A stretch of 63,999 nucleotides of DNA, the filler included, from Limisphaerales bacterium (GTDB taxonomy: Bacteria > Verrucomicrobiota > Verrucomicrobiia > Limisphaerales > SIBE01): the NCBI GenBank assembly GCA_044225505.1. It is 4 parts of 4 records of this genome, joined end to end, with 100 filler letters (N's around TTAATTAATTAA, not from the genome) between each part and the next. Parts side by side here need not be neighbours in the genome. Positions count along the whole stretch, not along the records: positions 53,087 to 63,999 come from JBGAIN010000224.1; 3 more parts are not named here. The stretch is one strand, 5' to 3'. How positions within the stretch are numbered: position 1 is the first letter of the stretch; each line of letters begins with the position of its first letter. Shown in pieces: positions 62,928-63,999 of this stretch. The notes below the pieces were generated by a model. That model was not told the origin of the DNA, ran no database searches, and saw nothing but the letters and a program-made list of their open reading frames with translations. The position numbers and the translations under genes were made by a program.

Positions 62928-63131
62928 TTAGGATATCTCCGGAGCCTCCCAAAAGTAACAGCCTCCGCGCGAGGAAGCATCCATTGCGATCGTACGATCG
63001 ATCCTGGCCCATTCTTGTAGCCGTCGAGGGCACGAGGCGGAATAGAAAATCATGCCCTGAAAAGGAACCTTTCCGCTGCGTCCGCAATTTGTGAACGGAG
63101 TGTGCGACAAGTCTCGGACAGCTCAGTCGTT

Positions 63132-63180
63132 TTTGGGAACGGACCGTTCCCAAAATCGTCAGCCCTGGTGACAATTTGTC
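63132..63180. repeat. Palindrome pair shared with 35241-35293
   Basis: TTTGGGAACGGACCGTTCCCAAA (63132-63154) then GGTGACAATTTGTC (63167-63180). Confidence 0.85.
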
Positions 63181-63326
63181 TACAAGGAGAGGTTTATAAG
63201 TGCGAAACCAATGCCGATGAATGAGTTACAAATGGTTTAAATCTCCGGCTGGTGTTTGGCCCAGCGCCGCGGTCCGTGAAACGAGATTTGCCGGCCGGAG
63301 CGGACGTTCGCGAGTCATCGCGGTGG

Positions 63327-63472
63327 AATCCCAGTCTAACCCCATTTATAGCCCCTTCACGAGTGGGGTATGACTGGGATTTGAACGGGGTTCCAGTGGG
63401 ATTGAGCCGCTCTAAACCCAATGAGAACCCTATGAGACCCCTATGAGACCCCTATCGCGATAGGGGTCTCAT
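63327..63472. repeat. 11-bp-periodic CCC/GGG array ending in a perfect 30-bp palindrome
   Basis: AACCCAATGAG AACCCTATGAG ACCCCTATGAG ACCCCTATCG; palindrome ATGAGACCCCTATCGCGATAGGGGTCTCAT at 63443-63472. Confidence 0.9.
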
Positions 63473-63804
63473 GCTGTTTACATTGTGTTCTGACTGAGCT
63501 TGGATCGAACCATGGGCGAGCCGTGCAGCGGCTGATCGTTTATCCGTTCTGGCAATAAGCCGCGGCAATCGGTGGTTTCTTCAACTTCGGAGAGACGGCG
63601 CGGAATCACGGCTCCGACTCTCCGCCGTCGGGATGTAAAGCCGTTCCGGCTGAAAACCCGGCAAATGTCGCACACTCTGTCGACAAATTGTTAACATAGT
63701 GTGAGACATTTGCGGAGGGTCGGGCGTCCCGGCGGACTAAAGTCCGCGTTCCTTTCCAATTTGGCACGCGGGACTTATCCTAATGCCATTCGGTAATTCT
63801 ATTC

Positions 63805-63992
63805 AGTCCCGGAAGGGACAGAATGAGAGAAGCCCGGTCGCTTTAGCGCCGGGTGCTCAAGTGAGAAGGCCCAAGCCCCGGAGGGGCGGCTGAGTGCGGC
63901 GAGAAAGGGCGTTTGGGTTCTACGACCTTGTGATCCGCTTAATCTCCGGTTCTTCCGTTCAATGCCACGTCCTCGGCCGTCCCGTCGGGACT
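63805..63992. repeat. REP/REPIN-like hairpin cluster
   Basis: GTCCCGGAAGGGAC (63806-63819), CCCGGTCGCTTTAGCGCCGGG, GCCCCGGAGGGGC (63875-63887) and an inverted GTCCCGTCGGGAC (63979-63991). Confidence 0.6.
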
Positions 63993-63999
63993 TGGAATC

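Noticed and set aside
63327..63472. Possible CRISPR array (also the repeats at 35376-35460 and 50869-51108)
   Set aside because: Units are contiguous with no unique spacers, and no cas genes are present

Overview
Bacterial DNA of roughly 60% GC. Gene content (CotH/LTD proteins, fused ECF sigmas, ThuA-like and Tat-exported Gfo/Idh/MocA proteins, C-terminal 'F/Y-R-L' tails) suggests Verrucomicrobiota; this is inference. The window is four contigs joined by three 100-nt N...TTAATTAATTAA...N linkers (17810-17909, 35492-35591, 52987-53086), so adjacency across them is meaningless. Segment 1: a GH84 O-GlcNAcase + GNAT + DegT aminotransferase + PTS IIC operon, a beta-propeller sensor, an ISAs1-family IS, CotH, ThuA-like, cysE and a broken large exported protein. 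Segment 2: an internally deleted addA, dusB, small regulators/enzymes, and an M48 peptidase coupled to a kinase-like/DUF4011/SF1 helicase/nuclease/WGR protein (candidate defence pair). Segment 3: housekeeping genes, then the best novel-system candidate (40698-52986). It is an ECF sigma followed by six co-oriented signal-peptide genes: a toxin-like HHSS...SGHY protein, 2-3 paralogues sharing an 'F(Y)YLP...QGG' N-terminal domain, an exported eukaryote-like Ser/Thr kinase and a large beta-rich protein, read as a possible multi-component effector-delivery system. Segment 4: CotH-LTD surface protein, sugar-catabolic genes, FAD/Rieske oxidoreductase and an ECF-HEAT fusion. A non-coding element family (shared 23-bp palindrome, GACA-n-TGTC boxes, 11-bp-periodic arrays) recurs on three contigs. 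Several frameshifts may be assembly errors. All family assignments are from motif recognition by eye; no searches were run.
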